From Octopus vulgaris (lineage: Eukaryota), in assembly GCA_951406725.2 (NCBI GenBank), contig OX597820.1:104036001-104100000 (forward strand): 64,000 nt of DNA. The letters are read 5' to 3'. The notes beneath the pieces were generated by a model. The model had not been told where the DNA came from. It saw nothing but the letters and a program-made list of their open reading frames with translations, and made no database searches. Each line of letters starts with the position of its first letter. Positions within the stretch are counted from its first letter, which is position 1. Both the position numbers and the translations under genes were made by a program. Of this stretch, positions 25,892 to 39,427 are shown in pieces.

Positions 25892-26337
25892 GGATCTTTT
25901 CGGTTTGAACGGCAGTTTTTTCTAGCGGTGTCGTATGAAATTGTCACCCACAATTATGACCCTAGTATCGATCTATTGCATTTCATTCTGTTTTAGGGTT
26001 AGGGTTAGAGTTAGGGTTAGTTAGGGTTAGGGTTAGGGGTGGGGGGAAGGGTATCTTTTTTTCTTCACAAATATAAATAAACCCAATCTGTTTCTTAAAC
26101 GAGGGACATATTCATACGGCCCAGAATGTTTTTTACCACAATATACGTCGTTGATTGGTTGAAATTGCAGAAATTGAAGAAAAAAAACAACAAATATCTT
26201 ACAAACTATAGAATTTTCTCAATAAAGCCAAGAGAAAAAGATGTTTTATAAACACATTCTACCAGTATACGAAGTTTAAAAGTGTTTAGTTACGTGGAAA
26301 TTATTTTTTAAAAATGCCGTTCAAACCAAAACGATCC
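25892..26337. mobile_element. Second copy of the GGATC-terminus MITE
   Basis: Near-identical to 8747-9177. TSD taagctgc at 25884-91 and 26338-45; inserted in a SINE head. Confidence 0.85.
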
Positions 26338-28722
26338 TAAGCTGCTTAACCACACAACTATGCCGGCACCTATAACTAATATCTAGTCTTGAGAAATAAA
26401 ATCTATAAATTTTACAACTTACCGTTAATGTCTTCTAAACATTTAAAGACAAAATTTGATGCTTATTTTGACAATGATAGTCAGCCTTATATTTTCAGAA
26501 GAATGGTTTATTTATATTGTTGTATTTATGAATGGTCATTTTGCCAGTTTAGCCAATAAAAACACACGCACTATATATATGGTGTTACTTTTCTTCAGCG
26601 TTATTTATTTTTTACATTAATTTTAATCTTATTTCGGCCAGAGTTCTTTCGTCACACTCCTGTGACCGCATCAGAGGTCCTTTGCTTTCTTCTTTCTTAT
26701 TTGTGTGTCTCTCCTTGCTAACGGTCAGCCATTTTGTACTTTGTATTTCTATTGTATGTGTCTTCATTTGCGCATGTGTATACCTCTATGTGTGTCTATG
26801 TTTAGTAAGGTTTATTTATATTCATCATTGTTTAAATTGATACATTGAACAACATCCCTCAGTTGCGATAATAGGCCAAAAATCTTAGTTGTTGTCTTAA
26901 AAATTACTAAACTTTAGAATTCCTTTTATTCAATAGTCGAAAGAGAAAACGGTGGTGTGCATATAAGTAAAAGAATCAGTTAAAGTTTGGAAAAGTAATC
27001 CGATTATCCAGAATGACCTGCTCCAGGTACTCGTGGTTAAACGAATGAGAACAAAGTGCCTCTGGGTAAAACGATAGTTTCTCATCATATAAAACTTCTA
27101 CATGAAAATAGTCAATATTCTCCAATTGAATTAATTAAGCCGATAATGTAGTTTTAGCCACAGGTCAATAAAGCAGAATATCTGATCAAATGGTTCCAAT
27201 GACATCTAACACATCTTTTTCTTAAAACGTACTATATCCAAGATTAGGTTATCGAATGTGCCCTTCATTTAGTAAATATGTACTATTACACCTGTCTCGT
27301 GAGATGGTCGTAAACTCTGATTGGCGAACTTTCGAAATAGCTAGCAATACTTCATAGAGAAGAAAAAGAGCAAGACATCGGATGGTTGTTTCCGTCTGAG
27401 AAAAGAAATTTTCGTACAAAAGACTTCATTTTTTACACTTTTGCGCCACCACCAATTCTGTACACTTTTCCGGTAGATTTTTACGTATATACACTTGTCT
27501 CACGAGACAGGTATTCTAATAATAATAAATAAATAAAAATACCCTTCATTTTTTTAAAAGGTTACGGTGCGATTTGAGTAAGATTTTGCTGCTATGCTAA
27601 AACTGATTGAATAACCATGCAGAATGGCAGTGAAGAACGAAGCTGCATTCAAATGTGAACGGCTTTGCTGAATAAGTTCCTTAAATCGTGGATAACAAAA
27701 AATGCTACTGGCCTAATAAGACCAAAGCAGATACTTAATGTCACATATCTAAAAATTTGTAAAATTAACGATTTAATATTTTTTTACGACGAAGATGCAC
27801 CCGAAGCGTTTTTATGTACTTGCAGTTTGCTCTGTTCAAAAAAGGTTCTCCCTTGCTCACAAGCTCCCACACTGGCGCAAGATGAGCTAGTTGTTTGACC
27901 CCTACCAAATGATCTCTAATTGAGCAAATATATAATTAAAAAACATTCTAGTCGTAGCTAACCTGTACGACAGATGTCATTTTCAAGGACATTTATTTGT
28001 TACTTCAAACAGGTCGGGCGACCATGAGCGGGTTCTCTTTGTTCAAACAAAGTCACGTTGAGTTGTGTGCTGTCTAGACAAACCTAAACATCTGCTGCAG
28101 TGGGGGTCAGAATAAATTATTTTACTGCCCAATATATTCTCGACCATTTCTCTTCTAGCTTCGTTGTTAAGTACTCATAAAAACATTTACTGTTGCTTGT
28201 AGACTTAAAGGACTAGTATCATTGTTTTACGATTTCTTAGCTATTATTGGCAGCAGAGAGATAAATTTCTAAGCAGTGCTTGATTTATATATATATAATG
28301 CCAGTTGACAAACATTCTTAACAGGGAGATATTAACTACTTGGAGAGAGTTGGAACAGAAACTTAATATTTTTAAGTTCAATATTTTTCACATCATACAG
28401 TGAATATTTGGGAAAAAAAGATAGCTTTAGAAAAATAGAAAACAAATTCTGGTTTAGATGTAAGTTAACTTAACATGAATTCTTAGCAACGACTAACGAC
28501 ATCAGCAGAATTCGTAGCAGCGTTTGTTTATGAATTTGTGTAGTATTGTCACTATTACATACATTCGTACAGCAGAATCCAAGGAAACCAAGAATTCTTT
28601 CATTGAGTAAATTCAGTGTCGTCAAACGGAACGTTAAAAATTAAGATTTCATAGATATCATTGTTTTTATATAGGTTTTAATCGTAGTTTTTGTAGTTGT
28701 GTTTCTTCATAAATTTACAAAT

Positions 28723-29047
28723 ATGAAAATTTTGCAGTCCAGTTGCATTACATTGTTGTCGATGCTTTGTATTTTACCAATGTTTATACTGTCTTCTACT
28801 GATGAAACATACGAAAAGGAACGCAGTAAAATCATAAACAACGAAAACGACCAGCGTTTAGGATCGGAGTTGACTTTGAACCGCGAAGAAAAACAAATAA
28901 GTGATCATTTGATGAAGTTAAAAGAGCAAGAGACGGGACTATACATGTCAGGAGTGGAATTGAACCCTTCATCCATACTATTTACTGATGCCAAAAAGCA
29001 AATTGATCAGAGCAAAGTCTTTCATTTTCTCCAGAAGATGCCTAAAG
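28723..29047 (+). CDS. ADA2: Adenosine deaminase 2 / ADGF family, coding exon 1
   Basis: Signal peptide MKILQSSCITLLSMLCILPMFILS, then ADGF N-domain motifs (RLGSELTLNREE, IDQSKVFHFLQKMPKG). Donor G|GTGAG, phase 1. Confidence 0.92.
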
Positions 29048-29544
29048 GTGAGCAACATTGTTTATTTCTAAATAATTTTAGCTTGTTTTTAATGGAAGTT
29101 GTTCATACGGGATCAGTGACATTCATCTTTGCAAGCCGTCTCGTAGTTGTTAAGATCAATGCAACCAATGTTCAGTCCAAACATCTACAGTTCGGCGTCT
29201 ACTTGAAAGAAAATGGATACAAAGGGAACTGTGTGTGTGTGTGTGTGTGTGTGTGAGCGTAACATATATGCGTGCATGTATGTGAGTGTGTATATGTGTG
29301 TTTATCTTTGTGCTTGTGTTCGTTACCCATCATCGCTTGACAACCGGTGTTAGTTTGTTTGCCTCCCCGTAATTTACCAGTTCGGCAAAAACGACCGATA
29401 GAATAAGTGCCAGACTTAAAAAAGGAAAAATAACTACTGAGGTCAATTTGTTCGACTAAACCCTGCAAGGTGGTGCCCAGCATGGCCGCAGTCCAATGAC
29501 TGAAGAAAGTAAAGAAAAATAAAAGATGTGTGTGCGCGCGCGTG

Positions 29545-30680
29545 TGTGTAAATTGTCACCATTTTATAATTTTCATCTTGCGCATGCGAATTTTTTCTTT
29601 TTGATTTTGTCGACTACAAAGTATAGTGGGGTCAGCTGGGTACTGTCTGTGAGAAAAACAGCATTATGACGCAATTCACTCTGTCAGCTAATTTTGGAAA
29701 CGACATGCTGTACTACTTGGCATTCGTGCCGGAATCTCCATTGCGAACATTTCAGAGAGTTTGGGTGTCAATCTGAGGACAATGCAGAAGATTCGGAAAG
29801 AATTGGATGAGTCTAATGGTGATTTCGAAGTCTCGGCAGCTCGGAAAACTCACTCTGATAAGAGAAAAGAACTCCTGAATTTGTTGGTGAGATCCAGGCC
29901 ATGATTGACAACGATGCCACCAGAGACGTGAGAGTGTCTAAATTTATCAGGCAAATGGTGCACGAACACATTCGGTATTCCTCGTACAAGATGAGAAAGG
30001 GTAAATTTTTATCCCAAGTCATCAAGGACAAGCGGAAATGCCAAGCTACGAAGCTTTTGAACAAACTCAAGCATCCCCTTCAACCGAACATGCTTTGGTT
30101 TTGCTCAAGTGAGAAAAATTTCTGCCAGGATGAGATGGTGAACACACGGAACAACCGTTGGCTTACTCTGTCCCCAAAACATGCACCGAGAATGATAAAA
30201 ATCAAACATCCAGTCAACATCATGGTGTTTGGGGTGATTACTAGTGATGGCGACGTTATGCCTCCATTCATCTTCCCACACGGCCTCAGACTCTACGCGG
30301 AGGCCTACGTCAAGTGCCTGGAGGAATTTGTGCTGCTCTGGGTGAAGAGGGTGGCTGCTACACCATGCCACACAATCAGGAGAAGCCAATCATGGCTGTC
30401 AGACAATTTTTGCGACAACATCACCCCTAACATCTGGCCACCCAACTCCCCAGACTGCAACCACCTTGATTATTATGTGTGGGGTGCAGTTGAGCAAGAG
30501 ACCAATAAAATCCTTGTAACATCAAAGATGAACTGAATGCAGGATTATGGCAGCATTCACCAACTTAAACAAAGAGACTGTCCAGAAGAGTTGCATGAGA
30601 TTCCGAAGCTGTCTGGAGGCCGTATTTGAAGCCAATGCCAATTTTATTGAATAAATTTACTCTTTAGTATTTCAAGATTT
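29545..30680 (+). mobile_element. Decayed DD37D (maT-like) Tc1/mariner transposon in first ADA2 coding intron
   Basis: ORF 29901-30536: WFCSSEKNF, IMVFGVITSDG, WPPNSPDCNHLDYYVWG. The first catalytic Asp is mutated and the segment around the second is deleted. Confidence 0.85.
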
Positions 30681-32802
30681 TTTTTCAAGTCAGTTAACAC
30701 AAAAATTTCATAAAAAACAGTAAATGTTTTAAAGTTTCCATTGTTTTCAAATTTTAGTTAATTTCATTTGGGTTTTTTCATTTTTACACTTTTCTGGCTC
30801 TAAAAGCCTTTAAAAACCTATAAAAGGGCCAAAACTATGAAATCAGCCTTTTTGTTAGGTCCTTTAAAATTTAAACTATAAAATCAGCATTTTTAAACAC
30901 TAAAGCAAAAAAGAAAAGAAAAACTATAGTTTTGGGGTTCTAAAGACCTCAAAAAAGCCAAAAAAGATGATTTTATAATTCAGGCACTTGTAGTGTTTAA
31001 ACTGGCCAAAACCCGTTGTATCTAATTCTTCTACGAAATCTTTTTAAATAATAAACAAAACACGTTAGTGAAATCTTGAATCTTTTAGATAATGTGACGG
31101 CTCTTCTTCCAGAAAGCACAGAACTGGGAGAAAAGCAAAAATAACTGAGGTGGATGCCAACAGAGAAAATATTGACTTCCATAAAGTGGAAAAAATAAAT
31201 GGAAGGAAAAAAGTTGGTAAATATTTCGGTGTGAATGCTGTTACGTGGTAGCAGGGCATGCTAGAAACAGCAGCCACATCTTACCTTTTCTGGAAAAATG
31301 AGTCGTTTACGCGTGATTTCGATGTCATATTCGTTGAAAGCGAGCAAAATAACCTGGAAAAGAAAAAAAACCCGCGAAACAAAACTCCCTTGGTGGGAAA
31401 CTTCGAGGTCCCCACCACCCTTTCCACCTTTCTTTTCCGGAAAAAAGTGGCTTGCAGCAGATTTGGAGGTCAAATATATTGAATGCACTCGTAAAAAACT
31501 GAAAAATAATTACACCACACCGAGGTACGAAATATTTACCGAAAGAATAAAATCTTGTACCAATTATTCAAATTAGTGTACCTCATCTTGAAAAGTGGCA
31601 AAATTTTTGTCGGTTGTCATCTGGGATAATTTTAGTAACAAATCAAACAGGTAAGGTGCCTTAAGAATTTCAATTGTAGTGTTTATCCATAACGTTATTG
31701 CTTTTACACCTGTTAATTAAATTTACATGCCCATAAAAGTCAAATTTGTTCTGCAAGATCAGCTAAAATTACGTAACTATAAACCAGTGATATATAAAGC
31801 ATCCACTGACAAAATTTCAAATCTGTATGTAAAAAATTTACAAATTTACAGCAAATATTGTGGACACCATTTTTGAACCTAAATAATTCAAAATAACGTG
31901 AAATAAAAATTACATTTGACAGATTAATATGAACACTAAAGATGTTTTTAGGTGGGTTTTTTTCTTATACACACGCATAACACGGCCTCGCTCGGTTGGG
32001 ACTAGACTTGTGTTACTTTGACATCATCATTCCATAAAATTTGTTCATGGGGAGAAAAATATTGAAAAATATCAATAGATGTGTGAGTGAGAAAGATACG
32101 AGGAGGGAGGTTTTGGGATGTACTAGAAACAACAGCCAGATCTCCCTTAAATCACACATTTTCCTCCGAAATTATTAACAATTTTTTTTAAAACCGAAAA
32201 TGTTTCTCACTGGTTTTAAGAAAATGGTCACAATCGTTTTGGACAGGGATGGTGAGGAGTGGCGGGAATGAAAAAGAAAACAAAGCTTCAAATTTTCTTT
32301 TTTTTTACGTGAAAAGATGTTTCCTACCATTCTGAAGACTTCGGTGAAAAACATTGGGAAAAATCCCCGTCAAAACGGAGAAATTCCAACTTACGTGGGC
32401 CGTCTGATCCGAAACTACGTTTTCCAGAAACTCTCCCCCCTTTCCGCCCCTTCCAAAAAATTTGCCTACAAATTTCTTTGTAATAGTCTAGACCGTTTGA
32501 AAGGTATTTGTATAAAATTTCATTTTAAAATTCCTACTTTCCAGAAAGTTATGAAGGGGAAAATGTCGGGTCCTGTGAATTTTTCCCAACTCCTCTCTCC
32601 AACCCCACGAAACAAATCTTTACATTTACTCAATTTACAGAATATAAGCGATTGTTTGGTGAAAGTTTTGTTCAAAAGTATTCATTTTTCTGGAAGTTAT
32701 GGGACAACAAAATCGATGGGGGCACTAAACTGTAGTTATCCCTTTTTCAATAAAAAGTTAATGTTAAGGGAATAACGATTAACGAAGTATGTATTTACGC
32801 AT

Positions 32803-32921
32803 GTATGTATGTATGTATGTATGTATGTATGTATGTATGTATGTATGTATGTATGTACGTGTAGGTATGTATGTATGTACATATTCATATATGTGAGTGT
32901 GCATGTGTGCGCATGTATGTT

Positions 32922-32980
<59 letters not shown>

Positions 32981-33013
32981 GTAGGTAGGTAGGTAGGTAG
33001 GTAGGTAGGTAGG

Positions 33014-33102
<89 letters not shown>
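32803..33102. repeat. Compound (ATGT)n/(GATA)n/(GGTA)n microsatellite
   Basis: Directly visible. Confidence 0.95.
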
Positions 33103-36100
33103 GTTTTCGTTCGTTAAAACAAAGGGAAGCGTAAAACTGTTGTAAAGGACTCAATACGAGTTTAGTAACGTGCGATAAATATATATTCTTTTTTGCACTA
33201 ATAATGGGAACCAATCGTTTCACTTAGTAGGCAACTCGAAGAAGTACTAGAAAAAATTTTTTTAGATCGCTTGAAATATAAAAACGAACGAAATATCATA
33301 ACTGAAGAAACGACATAAAGGTAAATTGGCGGCAAGAAATTACAGACAAAGAAAGTAGGGGTTTTCGCATTGCCTAAAGAATTATTGTTGAGGCAAAATA
33401 CAGACCATTAGTTTAATTTCATTATATTTAAAATATCTTAATGGATATGTTTAAGGACGAGGGTGGAGTATAGGGGAGGCAACTCTATTTGCTTGTAACA
33501 GAAAAAGTCGGTGAAATATTCGTGATGTAATTCAACTGTCTGTAATAAAGATTATTTCTTTATTATAGAATGAGTTTTTAATTTATAATGTCATAGGATG
33601 AGATTGTAATAGAGTAATGCATACGGTAAACTCATATTTTATGTGTACAAGAGGTCTGAAGTTTGTAGCAGAAAAGTTTCGATAAAAAATTCGATAAATA
33701 CTTTTATTTTTTTTTACTTGTTTCAGTCATTAGACTACGACCACGATGGAGCACTGCCTTCAAGAGTTTAGTCCAAAATATCGACCCCAGAATTTTTTGT
33801 TCATTTCTACTGCTTATTCTCTCTTGATTGCAGAACCATTGAGTAACGGGCGGGGACGTCAACAAGCGAACTTCGGTTTTCAAACGGTAGAGGGATATAC
33901 ACAAAGACATGCTCGCGTGTCTGAATTACGTTTACCCGACGGGCTCCCACATAGTTTTCATCGACCAAATTCGTTGACAAAGCCCGAGGGCCATGATAAA
34001 AGATACTTGCCCTAAGTGCCACGCAAGGGAACTGGAGCCGAAACAATGTGGCTGTAGAGTGATCATGGGATCCTTGCATAGAGTATTTCAGATCAGCAGT
34101 GTCATGCCACAAGTTCTTAGGAGACATGCAATAGATATTGAAATAAATATAACAATTTCATGTTATATAATGAACATTCTAGATTAAACCAAGAATTTTA
34201 AAACTTTCAACATTTTAGTATTTTTTTAATGTATTTTAGTGATATCTAGGATGCAGTTCTTTGTATTGGTTTCAAATTTTGACATAAGGCCAGTAATTTC
34301 GGGAGAGGGAGTTAAGTCGATTACTTCTTCCTCAGTACTCAGCTTCCTCTCATTTTATCGACCTCAAAAAGAATGAAAGGCAAAGTCGATCTTGGCGGAA
34401 TTTGAACTCTGAACGTAACGAACAAAATGCCGCTAAGCATTTTGACCGGCGTGTTAATGATTCTGCCAACTCACCGCCTTAATACAATTCTTTATGTTAC
34501 AACTCATTAATTAAAAGTCGCTTACATTAACAAATTAGTGTTCATCATCATTAGCCACTTGCACAAGCTAACACGATGTTATAAGTTCATGTAACTCGCT
34601 TTCTTTTTCAAATTTTCCCTTCTATTTTCTCAAACCAATCACCGCGAAATCAGCGAGTAATATAAAATTAAACTATGAAAAATGGGAGTTGGTGCGATTT
34701 TCAAGATTGGCGAACTGAACAACAGTGTTGATAAATTTGATTAACATCGTTCTAGTTGGGAGGTGATGTAGAAAAGTTGGTGCTTTGACACTACGCCCCA
34801 GTCCATCCTGGAACAAGAAGACTGTTAAAGTGCACAACGAATATGTATCCCAAAATCTAAAGCGCAAGAACTTGAAATCAGAGAGCTTATTTTTCAATTC
34901 TTGGCAGGACTTTTCTATTCAGTAGCTACAAGTTTTAGTATTTCACACCATTGTTATTCACGGAAAAATCACTAAGGATGCGCTTTTTTAAAAAAAATGA
35001 GCACCCTTTTATTTGATAGCAATAATAAGGACGTTTTATGCACCTTATGAATGAGTTTGCTGTAATCAAAATATACTATTAAAGACAGTGTTATGAAAAT
35101 AAATGCTAAAAAATTCAAGAACATTTAATTACTTGCAAGATTTTTTTTTTCTACTGATATTACATCAAAGCCTCTATTAGTCATTATTTCATGATATTTT
35201 CACCGAGATTCTATGCATGAGAAACTGATGAAATGAATTTGCCTCAAAACACACCAGGGAAATACGTAGCTTTGTTGTTAAAATGTTTCGTGTGAGACAT
35301 AGATTTCTCAAAGACAATTTTGATTGCGACTGATGATATACCATAAACAGAAAGACAAAAATGTTATTTCTGTTAAGTAATTTTCAGGATCATACTGTTA
35401 TTTCTTTCTCTTGTATAATTGTATTATTCAAAACAAAGTACTGTGTGCCAAAGTGAATTTTTAAAGATTTTAATGATGTGTATTTCGATGGCGTGAAGAG
35501 AGTCGTGACAAAAATGACCAATTTCACAACTGCCTGGGTTTTACACAAATGAAACTTCAATTTACTTTTAAATGAAGTCGATTCTGTTTACAATGGTTTA
35601 TAGAATTAAGCATTCTACAAACCATTGTTGAATCACAATCAAGTACTTGGACGTTTCATTAAGTGTTTGAATGAAATCGGTCAATTTTTATACATGGAAA
35701 GCATTGAACAGGACTTTCTTCAATTAAATCATTTTTCTTAGTAAAATCATGTTTTTTTTTACGAAATTGTTATTGCTTACTACGTGAACTTAGTATTAAA
35801 AGAGCAAGGTTTTGGAAATCTATTGACATAGTGTTTGATTTGATCAAGAATTTATAGAATAAACTCAGCATATTTCAATGCAATTTAGAAAGGAAATGTT
35901 TCAAACACTTCCCTAAAGCGAAAAAAGTGTTTGAAGTTGAACATTTCATAAAGCAATTTTATAGAAGAAGATATAAGTGTCGTGAAGGGCAATGTAGAGG
36001 GAGAAATAGTCAAAACAATTTATGAAATATACTGATAAGGATATGAAATTAAACGTGTTTGAATGGTTCAACTTAGGAGATCTAAGACTACAGTTAGTCG

Positions 36101-36638
36101 ACTTTCAACTCCAACCCTAATTCGAAGAAATAATGCATTACAATCTTGATAATACTAAAACTCTAGATATGCTTGTGTGTACTCGAAATATCTCAGAAAT
36201 AGTATATTTTATCTTTTCTTTTGTTTTTTGCATATTTATTTTCATACTTACCTTCGGCAGTGCAGTGCAAATTTTTGTGATATTTGGGACTCTATTTATT
36301 AAGGAGAAACGATTAAACACAATTTTTGTTTGTTATTTCTTGACGAAAAAAAACATCGCTTCTGTAATGTTAACACACATACACACATACAAAATACACA
36401 CATATATAATGAATATCATGGCGTGTCAATGAGCACAAACACACGTCCGCTATCTGTGACATATACACACACAAAGTCTTCGCGCTCACTAAAAAAAAAG
36501 TCATCTTTTTAACATACACAATATTTTAATCATATTTTAATCATTTAGAAATATTTATTAACTGAATGTGATTTCAAAAATGTAATCCTAACCCTAACCC
36601 TTCCCCAAAATTTTAGACCTTGTGCTTTAGTAGAAAGG

Positions 36639-36709
<71 letters not shown>

Positions 36710-36741
36710 CATCATCATCATTATTATTATTCATCATTATT
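36639..36741. repeat. (TAT)n/(CAT)n microsatellite abutting the ADA2 exon 2 acceptor
   Basis: Directly visible; source of the spurious poly-Tyr/His in ORF 36620. Confidence 0.95.
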
Positions 36742-36743
36742 AG

Positions 36744-36899
36744 GTGGTGTGCTACATGTCCACGGCACTGCAATGACTAGTGTTGACTGGCTTGTCTCAT
36801 TTGTCACTTACATGCCGAATTGTTACATGTGTTGGGATCGGCAAAGGGAAATAGTTTTCAAATTCCTATTTTGCCCGAAATTACCAAAAACGACAAAAG
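36744..36899 (+). CDS. ADA2: ADA2 coding exon 2 (Zn-binding HxH)
   Basis: AG at 36742-43. Joins to give MPKG-GVLHVHGTAMTSVDWLV...TYMPNCYMC. Donor GTAAGT at 36900, phase 1. Confidence 0.92.
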
Positions 36900-37514
36900 G
36901 TAAGTGGCAAGTCTATCTAACATTCGGTCACTCGTTATGTATGCACTTGCGTGTGTGTGTGTGCGTGTGCGTGTGTTGTTCCGGTGATGGTTATAGTTGT
37001 TGTTTTTGTTGTTGTTATAGTTGTTGCTTGTTCTTGTTTTCGAGTCAGTCCCACTTAAACAGGTCTATAATGCAGAGAATGTTGATCCAAAGAAGTAACT
37101 ACTTAAACATTTCTTGTAGTGGATACCCGAATTTTATTGCAAAATATTCGGTCCGTTGATTTAGATTTCAAAATAAGAAAAATGAAAAACGAAACTCATT
37201 TTTTATATCTTAGGTAACTAAATCTGTGGTGTTCTAAAGGATCAACATTCCGTCACATTCAACAGATTTGTCTGTGGTATAAACATTTAACTGTCAACAG
37301 CTGAATTCACCAAGCTCTAAATATGAAAGACTTTTTAAATATTATTAACTTATGTTTGACATAATAATGGTAATATATACTAGTATCGATAGGAGTAAAT
37401 TTCACAATAAATTATTAATTTCCGTAAAGTTTATATAGATAGGAGGTTTAATTTGACGTGTTTATAAAATAGTCGATGGGTTTTTTTAATGTTTAGCACT
37501 TTATATATATATAT

Positions 37515-37598
<84 letters not shown>

Positions 37599-37792
37599 AG
37601 GAATTTTGTTAAATCGTCGTTCGACTCTATTCTTTCATTTATCTATAGTAAAAAAACACACAAATTTCCACACGAAAGCACGTGATTTCTGCCCTTGGCA
37701 TGTAGCTTCAACCGTGCTTTCTGACGTAAATTTGCTACCCGGGTATCAGTTAACCGAATTATCCATACTAGGATAATTCATTCAACTACTTA

Positions 37793-37922
<130 letters not shown>

Positions 37923-38038
37923 GCTATTGTAGCTTTAGGTGTTTAATTATAAAATTTTTATGAATTTTTAATTTTACAATTTTTTTATTTTCAAAATCTT
38001 TTAAATTTTGTACAAATATATTAGGAAGTAATATATAT

Positions 38039-38109
<71 letters not shown>

Positions 38110-38135
38110 TTATTATTATTATTATTATTATTATT

Positions 38136-38520
38136 CTATGTTTGACTTTTGCTTTATATTTGTACAAGTTGGCTCCAAGTCTCACCCAGAGACCTCAAGA
38201 GACAACAGGGTTGGAAGTTCATGTTGTTGTTATGCCTAGTGTGCCATATATTTGGGGGGGTGGGGATGTTGTACTAATGAATGTCTAAAAAAAAAAAAGG
38301 TTTTTTTTTTTTTTTTTTAAACCGAAAATTATGTTTGTTTTAAACCTTGAGATTACATAGAGAGTATTTTGCGTAGGATATGAGCACTATCTTTTGAACT
38401 TCTGCCATTTTTGGGTTTCCTGGTATCTGAGTTAGGTAGCTATCAGCCCCTTTTGCTATCATTCCCAGGGCACCTATGACAACAGGTATTGTTTTAGTCT
38501 TCAGCTTCCACATTTTGCTG

Positions 38521-38522
<2 letters not shown>
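38136..38522 (-). mobile_element. 5'-truncated Dong/R4-clade non-LTR retrotransposon in (TAA)n
   Basis: Minus-strand translation ISKMWKLKTKTIPVVIGALGMIAKG...EVQKIVL / HILRKILSM* followed by a 3' UTR. Flanked on both sides by (TTA)n. Confidence 0.75.
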
Positions 38523-38598
<76 letters not shown>

Positions 38599-38667
38599 TA
38601 AGATATCTTGGAATTTGTAGGATTAAGTTGGATCCGTTGATATTAATGAAAACAAAAAAAAAAGAAA

Positions 38668-38752
38668 AATAGCCTGAGGACGCACTGGTGGATTTATGTA
38701 TTAGGTATAGCCTGGTAAAACAAACCACCAGGGCAGAAACCCGTGTAGCGTT
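38668..38752 (+). ncRNA. Type I hammerhead-like motif in ADA2 intron
   Basis: gc-CTGAGGA(38674-80)-c-gcactggtgg...ccaccagggc-a-GAAA(38736-39)-c-ccgt-g-TA(38747)-gc. Long stem II with one mismatch; C/A mismatch at its base. Confidence 0.5.
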
Positions 38753-39427
38753 GATTAATATTATCTTCTTTCCCCACAGACTAATACCAGGTCGGGTATA
38801 TATATTTTTAAAAAATATGTTTAAATAATTTTTCATTAATTCTATTGTACTTTATTTTATTGTACGTTATAGTAGGCTTTAAAATGCTTATATTATTAGA
38901 TTAGTATTTTGGATATAACTTTCCATGTTTACTCCAGAAAATGAGGTTGTCCTGAAATTGAAGTTGTGGTCCTATTGGTAAAATTCCAAAATTGTAATAA
39001 TTATATATATACATACATACATACATACATACATACATACATACATACATACATACATACATACATACATACATACTGTATGTGTTTTGTTTATGCTCTC
39101 CTTAACTGCGGGATAGTGCAAGTGGAATGTTCCGCTAAGACGCTGAGTGTTGAAAACCACTGAATACCTCAAACCAGGTGAGACAACTCGCTCTGTGAAT
39201 GATCGAGAACTGTGGATATCGATATTTCGTTGTATTTTGCAGCTCCTCAACACCCTATTCCCGAGTCAACTTGGAAGGAATTGTGATCGCTGGTTTGTAG
39301 TAAAAATGCAAATAGTGTAGATTCTTGCTGGTATCGATAATGTTAGCATTATTAGAGCTGCTCATAATTCATACCCTGTGCAGCGCTGTCGCACATCTGC
39401 AAATAGACTCTGCTCTATCATATATAT

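Noticed and set aside
26620-26682. Minus-strand hammerhead (CTGATGC-g-gtcac...gtgac-GAAA)
   Set aside because: A9 is C and no convincing stem I/III with an NUH site; at best a decayed relic.
32317-32775. 152-aa ORF as a nested gene
   Set aside because: No recognisable motif or splice context; the sequence looks like the interior of a non-autonomous repeat.
34900-36120. pogo/Tigger-like transposase relic
   Set aside because: Only faint motif traces (a QxLDV-like stretch); no ORF or TIR that I can support.
36620-36743. Poly-Tyr/His N-terminal extension of ADA2 exon 2
   Set aside because: None of the upstream AGs (36615-36637) is in the required phase; it is intronic microsatellite.
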